Part shown: positions 17,995-28,395 of the stretch, piece after piece | Layout: each line of letters starts with the position of its first letter | Position numbering within the stretch: the stretch's first letter is position 1 | Sequence record: SRR2962707_648 | DNA length: 43,895 nucleotides | Reading direction: 5' to 3' (one strand) | The notes under the pieces: generated by a model | What the model saw: only the letters and a program-made list of their open reading frames with translations | What the model was told of the DNA's origin: nothing | Databases searched by the model: none | Made by a program: the position numbers and the translations under genes

Positions 17995-20900
17995 CTATAC
18001 CGTCACACCCAATTCTAACAATACACTTTCTAAGTCCTTTTTTACTTGCTCTAAATAAAGCGTCAGATCCCATTCCAAGCGAATACTGTCTACCACATTG
18101 TCATCTTTGGCGCTCTTCAACAAAGCTTCAATATCAGACATTGTGTTTGAACAAGCACTAAGCCCCATTGTGCCAGTTGACCCCTTCAGAGAATGCGCCG
18201 TTTTCAATAATACTTGTCTATCGTGCTGTGCCATGGCTTGCTCAAGGTTTTCTAGTAAGACGCCTGTTTCTTGCAAAAAGTTTTCTTTTAAGCTGGCATA
18301 AAGCGCTTTGTTATTCGCAAACCGAGCCATGATTGATGCCACCTCTTCCGTTCTTCTGTTCTCTATCATGCCCTGACTCACATGAGCATCTGACTCAATA
18401 CATGCACTAGGCTCTACATCGGCTTTTCTAAAACGCCCTACATGCTGACAGATCACACAAATCATCAGATCAATATCGAGTGGCTTACCTAGGTGATCAT
18501 TCATTCCTGCATGCAGACAGGCTTCTTGATCAGACTTAGACACATTCGCGGTCATGGCGACAATCGGCAGCTGAGTAAACCGCGGGTCTCGACGTATTCT
18601 TCTGGTTGCCTCTAAACCGTCTACATTCGGCATTTGCATGTCCATCAACACTAAGTCAAACGCCGAAAGGTCAGACTCTAATACCGCAGCGACGCCTTCT
18701 TCGCCCCCTTCGGCTAGCGTCACTTCAGCACCTTCTGCCTGCAGCAGTTCCTCTGCGACTTGACGGTTAAACGCGTTATCTTCCACCACTAAAAGTCGAA
18801 GCCCTTGCAAGCGATTCGTACTGGAGAGAGAGGCGGCTGCAGCAAGGCGCTCTGTAATAACAGCAACTTCCTGCTCATCAACCACAGGTAACACCAACGA
18901 GAAATAGAAATGACTGCCTTCACCCAATACACTTTCGACCATCAATTCTCCCCCCATCAAACGCACTAGACGACGAGAAATAACGAGGCCCAAGCCAGAA
19001 CCACCAAAACGTCGAGCGGTGGAAGATTCCGCCTGAGAAAACACCTCAAAAATATTTTCCTTCTGACGCATGTCGATCCCTATTCCTGTGTCTTTTACAC
19101 TGAATTTAAGGTGTGAAACCTCAGGGCGACTGAAGACCTGTTTAATCGAAATTTCCACCGTCCCTTCCAAGGTGAACTTCAAGGCATTACTGGATAAATT
19201 GGTCAGAACTTGCAATAAACGCAGATGATCTCCCTCTAAAAACGCGGGTATATTGCTATCAATGTCGTAACTGAGTTTAACCTTGGTATTCATAGCAAGC
19301 CCTGAGAGAAGCGTATCCAACTCTGAAACTAGCTGTGTTAACGAGAATGGTGCATGCTCAATTTCGAGCTTGCCGGCGTCGACTTTCGAGTAATCCAAAA
19401 TGTCATTGATTAATCCCAATAACGACTTCGCAGCGACATGCGCCTTGGCAATATAATCTGCTTGTTTTACATCCAGGGCGGTTCGCTGAACCAATTGCAA
19501 CATGCCGAGCACCGCATTCATTGGGGTACGAATTTCATGGCTCATGTTAGCTAAGAACTCTGACTTAGCTAAACTAGCGGCATCCGCTTCTTCTTTGGCT
19601 CGTCGTAACCAAGTTTCTAACTCATACTCTTGTGTAATGTCTCGGTTAATGCCTGTAACACTGGTCACATTGCCTTGCCTATCTAGCTCTATATGCGCTC
19701 GCGCTTGGATATATCGAACACTTTCATCTGGCAAAACAATACGATACATCTGATCGGAGGCCTCACCATCCTGCAAGGTTCTTTGCAACGCTTGTTCAAA
19801 GTCAGCTTTGTCTTCCAGATGAAGGCGTTCCATCCAATGTTGGTAAGTCACCCCTTCTCGCTTAAGGGTGATTGGCTGCTGATAGATTTGAAACATCATG
19901 TCATTCCAATCTAGCTCATCGGTTTGTACATTCCATGTCCAAATCCCCAGTTGCGCCACATTGGCGGCCATCAATAATTGATCTCGCATCGAGATGATTT
20001 TGGCGTTTGACTTTTTCTGCTTGGTTATATCGATTGCCATGTTTAAGAAACCGATGACCACTCCCTTGTCATCATGCATTGGAGTAATGACCACAGAAAC
20101 ATCAAGGTGTTTGCCTTGTTTGTCTATATAGGTCCACTCCCGACTGTCTGATTTTTTATGTATAGCATGGTAAAACAAGGTCGCCAGTTCTGACTCTATT
20201 GGCGCCTTTGTGTCGTTTTCTAATGATTTTTTTAACGCTAGAATTTCGTCTTTAAAATGGAAACTTAATGGTGTTAACTGACCAATCACTTCTTCACTAG
20301 AATATTTCAGCATTCGTTGAGCACCAGAGTTAAACAAGGTAATCATGCCATCCAAATCCGTAGCAACAATGGCAATTTCAGACGATGCATTAAGAACATC
20401 ATTTAGGATAAGGTTTAACTTTTGAAGCGCCGCCGTTCGCTCTTTCACTTGATTTTCGAGGCTATTGTTTAACTCCCGAATTTTCGCTTCAGCGGACTTT
20501 TGTAATGAGATATCACGTACGGATTTAGACGCACCAATCACATAACCACTGGCGCCATAAATGGGAGAAATCGCCACAGAAACAGGTATTTCATTGCCAC
20601 TCTTGGTTTTCCTTACCGTATCAAAATGGCTAACGTCTTCTCCCTTCTTAATGCTCTCAAATATCTGTCTCTCCTGTTCACTACGATCATCAGGAATCAA
20701 TAATTGATAGACAGAATCCCCTAAAACATCGCTTTTTTTGTAGCCAAATATCTTCTCAGCGCCTTTATTCCAACTGGTAATAATACCGTCTAACGTTGTG
20801 CCAACTATGCCATCTGAAGAGCTTTCAACAATGGCTGCAATCTTTGCTTGCTGTGAAATAATTTCTTGACGATGCTGTCGGCTTACTCGGACAACACCTA

Positions 20901-21891
20901 ATAATGTGGCGCTTAAAAGGCTGATCAATACACCCACCCCAAAAATATCCCTAGGGTTTGGTAAGTTAAGGTTTGCAATAAACGATGGATAAACAGAAAA
21001 GCGGCTTTCCCAAATACGGCCATAAATAGGGAAACTCTTTCTTTGAGTATATAGCCCATGAGGTTGGTTATAATTACTGTCAAAAAACATCTCAGAGTTA
21101 TCGGCTTCCGTTATATCAAATAGTTCAAGATGCACGTTCTTAGTGTTCAAGCCTAAATCAGCCATTACTTCTTGCATCAACAACGGGGCATAACTCCAAC
21201 CATACGCCCTGTCTTGGCGGGCTTTTAAGGTCTTAGGTGCAGCACCACTATTATAAATAGGCATAAGGATCAAAAAAGATTGCAGTGGGTTGCCCGTTGC
21301 CTGCACTAAGGTAATCGGGCCGGTTAAATGCACTTTACCCGTATCTATGGCCGCTTTGGCTGCTGTTCTACGGTTTTTCTCGGAAGCGATATCCAAGCCA
21401 ACAGCCTGAACATTTCGTACCACAGGTTCAATATATTGAATCACATAGCGCTCACCAGAATGGGGCGATAATTCTTTAATGTGAAAATCTAACCAGCCAT
21501 CTTGCTGCGCTCTTTGCACGAAACGCTCAACGTCAGAAGGCTGAACTCGTCGAATAAAACCAAACCCTCGTGCACCAGGAAACTCTTGGTCTATGTCGCG
21601 ACTCAAGCTATAGCGCATAAAAAGACGGCGAGAAAGACCATATTCCCCTGCGGTTAAAATCGCCCCACGAGCGCCTCTAAGCCCGTATTGATAGAGTCTA
21701 ATACGTTCATTGACGGTTTTGATGGCTTGATCAGAAGCGACTTGAACAGCTTTGGTAATTCGATGTTGATTATTGGATTTGATGTGCTCAGTGATTAGCG
21801 CCGTGAGGCACAACCCCACCAGCAATGTCGCCAACACCCACTTATTACTGATCGAATCTGCGAATTTCCATTTCTTCATTCTAATCATCAC
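17995..21891 (-). CDS. Hybrid sensor histidine kinase: TM-CHASE-TM-PAS-PAS-PAS-HisKA-HATPase-REC-Hpt
   Basis: CHASE (EFPGARGFGFI, YIEP, AVGLD, GPITLVQ, GWSYAPL); three PAS domains; H-box FLANMSHEIRTPMN; DTGIGI and FGGSGLGL; REC (VEDN, DLVLMDMQMP, KP); Hpt (AHSLKG). Confidence 0.95.
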   Translation of the reverse strand: MMIRMKKWKFADSISNKWVLATLLVGLCLTALITEHIKSNNQHRITKAVQVASDQAIKTVNERIRLYQYGLRGARGAILTAGEYGLSRRLFMRYSLSRDIDQEFPGARGFGFIRRVQPSDVERFVQRAQQDGWLDFHIKELSPHSGERYVIQYIEPVVRNVQAVGLDIASEKNRRTAAKAAIDTGKVHLTGPITLVQATGNPLQSFLILMPIYNSGAAPKTLKARQDRAYGWSYAPLLMQEVMADLGLNTKNVHLELFDITEADNSEMFFDSNYNQPHGLYTQRKSFPIYGRIWESRFSVYPSFIANLNLPNPRDIFGVGVLISLLSATLLGVVRVSRQHRQEIISQQAKIAAIVESSSDGIVGTTLDGIITSWNKGAEKIFGYKKSDVLGDSVYQLLIPDDRSEQERQIFESIKKGEDVSHFDTVRKTKSGNEIPVSVAISPIYGASGYVIGASKSVRDISLQKSAEAKIRELNNSLENQVKERTAALQKLNLILNDVLNASSEIAIVATDLDGMITLFNSGAQRMLKYSSEEVIGQLTPLSFHFKDEILALKKSLENDTKAPIESELATLFYHAIHKKSDSREWTYIDKQGKHLDVSVVITPMHDDKGVVIGFLNMAIDITKQKKSNAKIISMRDQLLMAANVAQLGIWTWNVQTDELDWNDMMFQIYQQPITLKREGVTYQHWMERLHLEDKADFEQALQRTLQDGEASDQMYRIVLPDESVRYIQARAHIELDRQGNVTSVTGINRDITQEYELETWLRRAKEEADAASLAKSEFLANMSHEIRTPMNAVLGMLQLVQRTALDVKQADYIAKAHVAAKSLLGLINDILDYSKVDAGKLEIEHAPFSLTQLVSELDTLLSGLAMNTKVKLSYDIDSNIPAFLEGDHLRLLQVLTNLSSNALKFTLEGTVEISIKQVFSRPEVSHLKFSVKDTGIGIDMRQKENIFEVFSQAESSTARRFGGSGLGLVISRRLVRLMGGELMVESVLGEGSHFYFSLVLPVVDEQEVAVITERLAAAASLSSTNRLQGLRLLVVEDNAFNRQVAEELLQAEGAEVTLAEGGEEGVAAVLESDLSAFDLVLMDMQMPNVDGLEATRRIRRDPRFTQLPIVAMTANVSKSDQEACLHAGMNDHLGKPLDIDLMICVICQHVGRFRKADVEPSACIESDAHVSQGMIENRRTEEVASIMARFANNKALYASLKENFLQETGVLLENLEQAMAQHDRQVLLKTAHSLKGSTGTMGLSACSNTMSDIEALLKSAKDDNVVDSIRLEWDLTLYLEQVKKDLESVLLELGVTV

Positions 21892-22149
21892 CCTATCGCC
21901 TTAAATAATGAGGCGGCTTGTGAAAAAAACCTTCGTCTAGAAAAAAGAAGGTGCTCACTCGACAGACAAAAGAGCACACAGGCCCTGTGTAAGTCTTAGC
22001 TAACTATAGTAGAAAAAGCATTCCATAAATCACATATAAACCATCTAGTTACAATATTAAACATTTGCGACTTCCCCCCTTAAATCAACAGAAACACAGC
22101 CCAGGTGATATGGCATAATGCACTCAACTCGATTCAATCTGGAGATAGT

Positions 22150-22476
22150 ATGCGCGTGATATTGACGCTTCTCATAGCAACCCTAATAAGCAGCTGTAGC
22201 TTAATTAATCAGAAGGCCCTTTCATTACAAGTCGGCATGGGAAAAGCGGAAGTGAGTAAGATTATGGGGACGCCTAACCGACGCTCTTTTAATGGCACAA
22301 CCGAAGCTTGGCAATACGCTGATTTCGTTAGCAAGGATCAATGTAGCTACATTACAGCCTGGTTTAAAGGTGAAAGCTTAGCCGCCCTGACGTCTCGAGA
22401 AGAGACCCGTATGAAGGATTGCAGCAAGGGTATTTTAGACATTGATTGGTCACAAATCCCAATGGGAGTAAATTAG
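22150..22476 (+). CDS. Small lipoprotein with a SmpA/OmlA (BamE-like) domain
   Basis: GGAG then ATG 22150; lipobox LISSC; LQVGMGKAEVSKIMGTP...EAWQY pattern. Confidence 0.8.
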   Translation: MRVILTLLIATLISSCSLINQKALSLQVGMGKAEVSKIMGTPNRRSFNGTTEAWQYADFVSKDQCSYITAWFKGESLAALTSREETRMKDCSKGILDIDWSQIPMGVN

Positions 22477-22602
22477 ATAAAAGTGTGTAAATGAGTACCA
22501 TTATTGTCGCTTTTGGTTTCTTTTTATCCAGCAATAAGCCTATTCTGTCGATGGATGCACAAGCATGTAGTTCCTAATAACAATAAACACAGGATGTCCG
22601 AC

Positions 22603-23796
22603 ATGAATAACCATGCAAACCGTGGCGTTGTCTATCAAGGCAATGGCACAGTCAAAGTAGAAGCAATCCCTTTTCCCGAACTCGCTATTGGCAAACGTCG
22701 TTGCGACCACGGCGTTATCCTCAAAGTCGTCACGACAAATATTTGCGGCAGTGACCAACACATGGTGCGTGGCCGCACGACCGCGCCCAATGGTCTAGTT
22801 CTAGGCCATGAAATTACCGGTGAAGTCATTGAATGCGGCCGAGATGTTGAGTTCATCCACGTGGGGGATCTGGTGTCTGTTCCATTCAACATTGCCTGTG
22901 GCCGCTGCCGCCATTGCAAAGAAGGCAAAACGGGGATTTGTTTGAATGTGAACCCAGCGCGTCCGGGCGCGGCTTATGGCTATGTAGACATGGGCGGCTG
23001 GGTTGGTGGGCAAGCCGATTACGTCATGGTGCCTTACGCTGATTTCAACTTATTAAAGTTCCCTAACGCAGACCAAGCCCGCGAAAAAATCCAAGATCTA
23101 ACACTCTTATCTGATATTTTCCCAACCGGATTCCATGGCTGTATCACCGCAGGTGTTGGCCCTGGTTCGACTGTCTACATTGCAGGAGCTGGCCCTGTAG
23201 GATTGGCCGCTGCCGCCTCTGCAAAACTGCTGGGTGCCGCCTGTATTATCGTTGGCGATATGGTAGAAGACAGGTTAAACCAAGCGCGCTCTTTTGGCTG
23301 CGAAACCATCGATCTAAAACAAGAAGGCGATATGCAAGACAAGATTGAAGCCATTCTTGGCGAACGCGAAGTGGATGCGTTTGTCGATTGTGTCGGCTTT
23401 GAAGCCCACGCTTGTGGTTGCAACCATCACCAAGAATCGCCCGCCGTAGTGCTCAACTCTGCAATGCAAATTACCCGCGCAGGGGGGCAAATTGGCATAC
23501 CTGGCTTGTATGTCACAGAAGATCCGGGGGCGGCCGACGCGGCGGCACAACAAGGCAGCCTGAGCATGCGCTTCGGCCTTGGCTGGGCCAAATCTCACTC
23601 TCTTCACACCGGCCAATGCCCTGTGATGAAATACCACCGCCAGCTAATGCAAGCCATCTTATTCGACAAGGTTGAGATCGCTAAAGCCGTCAACGTGCAA
23701 ATGATCTCCTTAGATCAAGCACCACAAGGCTACGCTGATTTTGATGGCGGAGCGGCTAAAAAATTCGTTATCGATCCTCATAGAATGGTGAGCTAA
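22603..23796 (+). CDS. fdhA: Glutathione-independent formaldehyde dehydrogenase
   Basis: NRGVVY, NICGSDQHMVRGRT, GHEITGE, Zn motif CGRCRHCKEGKTGIC, GAGPVG, GLGWAKSHS and KKFVIDPH motifs, as in Pseudomonas putida FdhA. Start at ATG 22603 behind AGGA. Confidence 0.95.
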   Translation: MNNHANRGVVYQGNGTVKVEAIPFPELAIGKRRCDHGVILKVVTTNICGSDQHMVRGRTTAPNGLVLGHEITGEVIECGRDVEFIHVGDLVSVPFNIACGRCRHCKEGKTGICLNVNPARPGAAYGYVDMGGWVGGQADYVMVPYADFNLLKFPNADQAREKIQDLTLLSDIFPTGFHGCITAGVGPGSTVYIAGAGPVGLAAAASAKLLGAACIIVGDMVEDRLNQARSFGCETIDLKQEGDMQDKIEAILGEREVDAFVDCVGFEAHACGCNHHQESPAVVLNSAMQITRAGGQIGIPGLYVTEDPGAADAAAQQGSLSMRFGLGWAKSHSLHTGQCPVMKYHRQLMQAILFDKVEIAKAVNVQMISLDQAPQGYADFDGGAAKKFVIDPHRMVS

Positions 23797-23844
23797 GCGT
23801 TTTTACTCCCAGAACAACGCCAACGTCAGCCTCACTGACACTAG

Positions 23845-23880
23845 AAAAGCGCTTTCCTTAGGGTAAGCGCTTTTTATTTT
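23845..23880 (+). terminator. Intrinsic terminator after fdhA
   Basis: AAAAGCGCTT-N10-AAGCGCTTTT followed by TATTTT. Confidence 0.85.
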
Positions 23881-23939
23881 TTGCCCCCTCTTCCCCATCA
23901 TTCGCTCACCAGCATTATTCAGCGCACGACCTCAGCATG

Positions 23940-23973
23940 GAAAATCAATAACGGAACGAAGAAATTTCGTAAT
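23940..23973 (+). promoter_or_regulatory. XylR binding site (direct repeat) upstream of xylA
   Basis: GAAAATCAATAAC and GAAATTTCGTAAT starting 21 nt apart, matching the architecture of E. coli-type XylR sites. Confidence 0.7.
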
Positions 23974-24040
23974 TGCTGGCTTTTTAAAAAACATCAAAGA
24001 TAAAGGCATCATTAAAACAATAACAAGTTAGGAGTAAACC

Positions 24041-25360
24041 ATGAGCCAGCATTTTGAAAATATCCCTGCAATTAAATATGAAGGGAAAGACTCTTCTAAC
24101 CCGTTCGCCTTCAAACATTATGATGCCAACAAGGTGCTCATGGGAAAAACCATGGCAGAACATTTGCGCATGTCTGCGTGTTATTGGCATAACTTCTGCT
24201 GGCAAGGCAGCGACGTATTTGGTGCCAACACCTTTGATCGGGCTTGGTACAAACCGACAAACGAAATGGAGGCCGCTAAAATGAAAGCCGATGCGGCTTT
24301 TGAGTTTTTCACTAAACTGGGCATCCCTTACTATAGCTTTCATGATGTGGATGTCAGCCCTGAAGGGCGCTCCGTTAAAGAGTACATACGTAACTTCTCT
24401 GAAATGGTCGATGTACTAGAAGCAAAGCAAGAAGAAACAGGAGTCAAGCTCCTGTGGGGAACCGCCAATGCGTTCTCAAATCCACGTTATATGTCTGGCG
24501 CCGCATCAAACCCCAACCCTGAAATATTTACCTACGCTGCCACCCAAGTGTTTCACGCAATGAACGCCACCAAAAAACTAAAAGGCGAAAATTACGTTCT
24601 TTGGGGCGGTCGTGAAGGCTATGAAACCCTACTGAATACCGATCTAAAACGCGAACGCGCACAGCTTGGTCGTTTCATGCAGATGGTGGTTGAACACAAA
24701 CACAAAATTGGCTTTACAGGCACTCTCTTAATTGAACCAAAACCTGCTGAACCTACTAAACACCAATACGACTATGACACTGCCACTGTCTATGGTTTCT
24801 TAAAAGAATTTGGTTTAGAGAATGAGATCAAGGTAAACATCGAAGCCAATCATGCCACCTTAGCAGGTCACAGCTTTCATCATGAAATTGCCACCGCCTG
24901 CTCGCTAGGCATATTAGGCTCTGTTGACGCCAACCAAGGGGACGCGCAATTAGGTTGGGATACGGACCAGTTCCCAAGCAGTGTTGAAGAGTACGCACTT
25001 GTAACGTACGAGATCCTAAAAGCCGGCGGCTTTAAAACCGGCGGCTATATGTTTGACACCAAACTGCGCCGCCAATCCATTGATCTTGAAGACATGTTCC
25101 ATGCCCATATTGGCGCCATGGACACACTCGCATTATCGCTAGAACGTGCCGTTAAAATGATCGAAGACGCCACTCTAGCGACTCTGGTAGAGCAAAGGTA
25201 CGCACAATGGAATGACACTCTAGGTTTGGATATTTTAGCGGGCAAACACTCACTTCAAGATTTAGCAGAGTACGCCTTGCGTAACAATCTGAACCCAACT
25301 CCGACGTCAGGCCGACAAGAGAGATTAGAAAATATCGTTAACGGCTACATTTACCGTTAA
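24041..25360 (+). CDS. xylA: Xylose isomerase (class II)
   Basis: [53 protein letters not shown] and GWDTDQFP motifs. Confidence 0.98.
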   Translation: MSQHFENIPAIKYEGKDSSNPFAFKHYDANKVLMGKTMAEHLRMSACYWHNFCWQGSDVFGANTFDRAWYKPTNEMEAAKMKADAAFEFFTKLGIPYYSFHDVDVSPEGRSVKEYIRNFSEMVDVLEAKQEETGVKLLWGTANAFSNPRYMSGAASNPNPEIFTYAATQVFHAMNATKKLKGENYVLWGGREGYETLLNTDLKRERAQLGRFMQMVVEHKHKIGFTGTLLIEPKPAEPTKHQYDYDTATVYGFLKEFGLENEIKVNIEANHATLAGHSFHHEIATACSLGILGSVDANQGDAQLGWDTDQFPSSVEEYALVTYEILKAGGFKTGGYMFDTKLRRQSIDLEDMFHAHIGAMDTLALSLERAVKMIEDATLATLVEQRYAQWNDTLGLDILAGKHSLQDLAEYALRNNLNPTPTSGRQERLENIVNGYIYR

Positions 25361-25406
25361 TCCCCATTCTTCATGCCTCTTACGCGCGAAAGCGGTTAGG
25401 CATCTT

Positions 25407-25445
25407 GACATTAAAAAAGCGCCTAATTGGCGCTTTTTTAATGTC
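25407..25445. terminator. Bidirectional terminator between xylA and xylR
   Basis: Perfect 17-bp arms GACATTAAAAAAGCGCC-TAATT-GGCGCTTTTTTAATGTC. Confidence 0.9.
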
Positions 25446-25497
25446 TCTTAAGGGAGTACAACAGATCACGCCTTTAGCTAAAGGCACGCTATTGTGT

Positions 25498-26691
25498 TTA
25501 AAACTCGCCGCCCTGTTCCTTACCAAGACGCGACGAAATACGATATTCCCTTGGGGTCATACCGACATTTTTACGCATCACTGTGTACATATACTGAACC
25601 GATGGATAGCCGCAAGTACGGGCTATTTCATCAAAGGCAAGATTGGTGGACGTAACTAATTCACAGGCTCGATAAAATTTCGTCATGTGCAATTGCTCGT
25701 GCATTGAGCAACCGATTTCTTCAACAAATCGCGTTTCTAAGTTGGTACGAGATAAGCCCACATAATCAACGACTTGGGCAACCTTCACCCCTCGACACGC
25801 ATTATGGCGAATAAAGTGCATCGCCTGAATAACATAGGGGTCATTTAATGCTCGGTAATCAGAAGACTGCCTAGCCTCAACACCCACAGGGTCGACAACA
25901 ACCAAAGCGTCTTCCACGGAATAGCCAAGTAACATTCGATGCAGCATTTTAGCGGCGGCGTATCCCATCTCTTTACTGCCCTGTTCCACCGAGGAAAGCG
26001 CCGTTCGATTCAAATAACGAGCCATGCTTTCGTTATCAATGCCGATAATCGCAATTTCTTCTGGCACCATAATATTAAGATGATCACAGGCCTGTAATAG
26101 ATGCCTTGCCCGTGAATCCGTTACCGCAACAATACCGATGGGTTTAGGCAAACTATTTAACCAGGTTTCTAAATCATGTTGCGCGGTTTGCCACGACGCT
26201 GCACTGGTCGGTAAGCCAAGATTCACATAAGGATGATAACCATCGGAACGGACTTGCTCGACAAAGGCGCTTTCTCTTTCGCCAGCCCAACGGCTATAGC
26301 GGGTACTTGGCACCCCATAAAAAGCAAATTCTGTCAGGCCTTTTTGTTTGAGATGATCATAGGCAAGTTTGACTAAGGCGGCGTTATCGGTGGCGACATA
26401 AGGCAGTCTTGGATAATCCGTTTTGTGTGCATAAGAGCCACCAACAGCCACGGTCGGAATCGTCGAGTCTTTCAGAATCGCTTCCACATCTGGGTTATCA
26501 AAGTCGGCAATGATACCGTCACCTTCCCAGTGAGTAAGCCCTTCTACTCGGGAGCGAAAATCGTCCTCCAAATAGACATCCCAATCACATTGTGCCGCTT
26601 GTAAATATTCACCAATGCCTTCAACCACTTGACGGTCATAGACTTTATTGGCGTTGAAGACGAGATTAAGCCGATAACGTTTTTCAAACAT
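25498..26691 (-). CDS. xylR: Xylose operon activator (PBP-fold sensor plus AraC HTH)
   Basis: FNANKVYDRQVVEGIGEYLQ, DGIIADFD, VGGSY, ATDN and CGYPSVQY motifs; start at 26691 or 26697. Confidence 0.96.
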   Translation of the reverse strand: MFEKRYRLNLVFNANKVYDRQVVEGIGEYLQAAQCDWDVYLEDDFRSRVEGLTHWEGDGIIADFDNPDVEAILKDSTIPTVAVGGSYAHKTDYPRLPYVATDNAALVKLAYDHLKQKGLTEFAFYGVPSTRYSRWAGERESAFVEQVRSDGYHPYVNLGLPTSAASWQTAQHDLETWLNSLPKPIGIVAVTDSRARHLLQACDHLNIMVPEEIAIIGIDNESMARYLNRTALSSVEQGSKEMGYAAAKMLHRMLLGYSVEDALVVVDPVGVEARQSSDYRALNDPYVIQAMHFIRHNACRGVKVAQVVDYVGLSRTNLETRFVEEIGCSMHEQLHMTKFYRACELVTSTNLAFDEIARTCGYPSVQYMYTVMRKNVGMTPREYRISSRLGKEQGGEF

Positions 26692-26849
26692 ACACATTCA
26701 TCTCTTATTATTATAGGTATCAGTGATAGATATTTATCATACACTGGTATTTTATTGAGATAATGCCAGATCGAAAAAAAAGAAAAATCACGGTGAAAAT
26801 TCATAATCAGCAGCCGCAAAGTCAGCACCAATAACAGGGTGTCTCACTC

Positions 26850-28325
26850 TCAAGAAAACGACGATAACCCCTTCACGCCTTGATACAAGGACTGATATTG
26901 TTGACGTTTTTGCTGATAGTACTCTCGATCGTTCATTATCGGTTCAAATCGAGCGATCCTATTAGGTTTACAGCAAATCCCCTGTAATGCGCCCTGCCCA
27001 TGTATCGCAAGTGCAGCAAGGCGCGCAGCGCCCAATGCCGGCCCCACGTCTCCGCCTTCTCGATAATCCATAGGAACCCCCAAAATAGTCGCAAGCAACT
27101 GCAACCAATAATGACTGCGCGCACCGCCACCAATCACATCGATACTCGCCTCTATTTGCTGCACGGATTGCACCGCATCAAGCCCATCCTGCAAGGCGAA
27201 CGAAACGCCTTCTAACACGGCTTCTAGCAAATCAATCGCTTGTGTTTCATGAGACAAACCATAAAACACCCCTTTGGCATTAGGGTCATTATGGGGCGTT
27301 CTTTCGCCGCTTAGATAAGGCAAAAAAACCACCCCTGGATTCGATGACAATTTTCGCTGTATCGGCCGATTCTCCAGCGCTTGGAAAGCCGCTTTTACGC
27401 TACCAAATTGCGTTAATTGCACCACCCAATCGACACAACTGGCAGCACTTAAAATCACCGACATGGTATGCCAAGTATTGGGCAAGGCGTGACCAAAGCT
27501 GTGTAAGGCAACGTCTGGATTGGCAGTAAAACCATCGCTCACCGAAAAAATCACCCCTGATGTTCCCAGCGATAACATGGTTTGTCCTTTATGTATCACG
27601 CCCATACCCACTGCGCCCGCCGCATTGTCACCTCCCCCAGCGACAACCGGCACACAAGGCAAAGACCAGCGCTGTGCAACCTCAAGGCTGAGCGTGCCGG
27701 TTATCTCGCAGCCCTCATAAACCTTTGGCATCTGTGCCATGGTTAGCCCTGTTGCGTGCAACATGCGCTCGCTCCAGACTCGCTCTTCCATGTCGAGCCA
27801 TAAGGTGCCTGACGCATCTGAGACATCCGTGGCAAATTCATTCGTCATGCGTAATCTGAGAAAATCCTTGGGTAATAATACTTTCGCTATGCGCCGAAAG
27901 ACCTCAGGCTCATGCTCCCGTAGCCACACTAATTTGGGGGCCGTAAAACCAGGCATTACCAAGTTTCCCGTAATCGCTTGCACTTCAGGGCACTGCCTCT
28001 GTAATTGCTGGCAAGCGTCAAAAGAGCGCCCGTCATTCCATAAAATAGCCGGCCTTAATACACGATTTTTCGCATCCAATAAGGTCGCTCCGTGCATTTG
28101 CCCAGACAAACCTATCGCCTTAACCCTGCCTAAATCGTGCGCCAGAGCAAGCGCTAACATAGCCTTATCAGTGGCTTGCCACCAATGTTCTGGGTCTTGT
28201 TCAGACCACAATGGATGCGGTCTTGAAACACTCAAAGGCGATGTTTGACTGGCGATCACTTGCCCTTCTTCGGACATTAAAATAACTTTTACACCAGATG
28301 TGCCCAGATCGATTCCTAAATACAT
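26850..28325 (-). CDS. xylB: Xylulokinase
   Basis: MYLGIDLGTSGVK, SGQMHG, ILWNDGR, PGFTAPKL, GGGDNAAGA and FLPYLSGERTPHND motifs. Confidence 0.97.
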   Translation of the reverse strand: MYLGIDLGTSGVKVILMSEEGQVIASQTSPLSVSRPHPLWSEQDPEHWWQATDKAMLALALAHDLGRVKAIGLSGQMHGATLLDAKNRVLRPAILWNDGRSFDACQQLQRQCPEVQAITGNLVMPGFTAPKLVWLREHEPEVFRRIAKVLLPKDFLRLRMTNEFATDVSDASGTLWLDMEERVWSERMLHATGLTMAQMPKVYEGCEITGTLSLEVAQRWSLPCVPVVAGGGDNAAGAVGMGVIHKGQTMLSLGTSGVIFSVSDGFTANPDVALHSFGHALPNTWHTMSVILSAASCVDWVVQLTQFGSVKAAFQALENRPIQRKLSSNPGVVFLPYLSGERTPHNDPNAKGVFYGLSHETQAIDLLEAVLEGVSFALQDGLDAVQSVQQIEASIDVIGGGARSHYWLQLLATILGVPMDYREGGDVGPALGAARLAALAIHGQGALQGICCKPNRIARFEPIMNDREYYQQKRQQYQSLYQGVKGLSSFS

Positions 28326-28395
28326 ACGATTTCCTTCTGATGAAGCACGAATTGACGCCACAATTCACCGACAAATGGCTCGGTAAAGGCGCGCA

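Noticed and set aside
21950-21990. GTGCTC...GAGCAC hairpin upstream of the kinase as a c-di-GMP riboswitch
   Set aside because: Lacks the GGCAAA/GCAAAG and tetraloop-receptor features; only a 6-bp stem.
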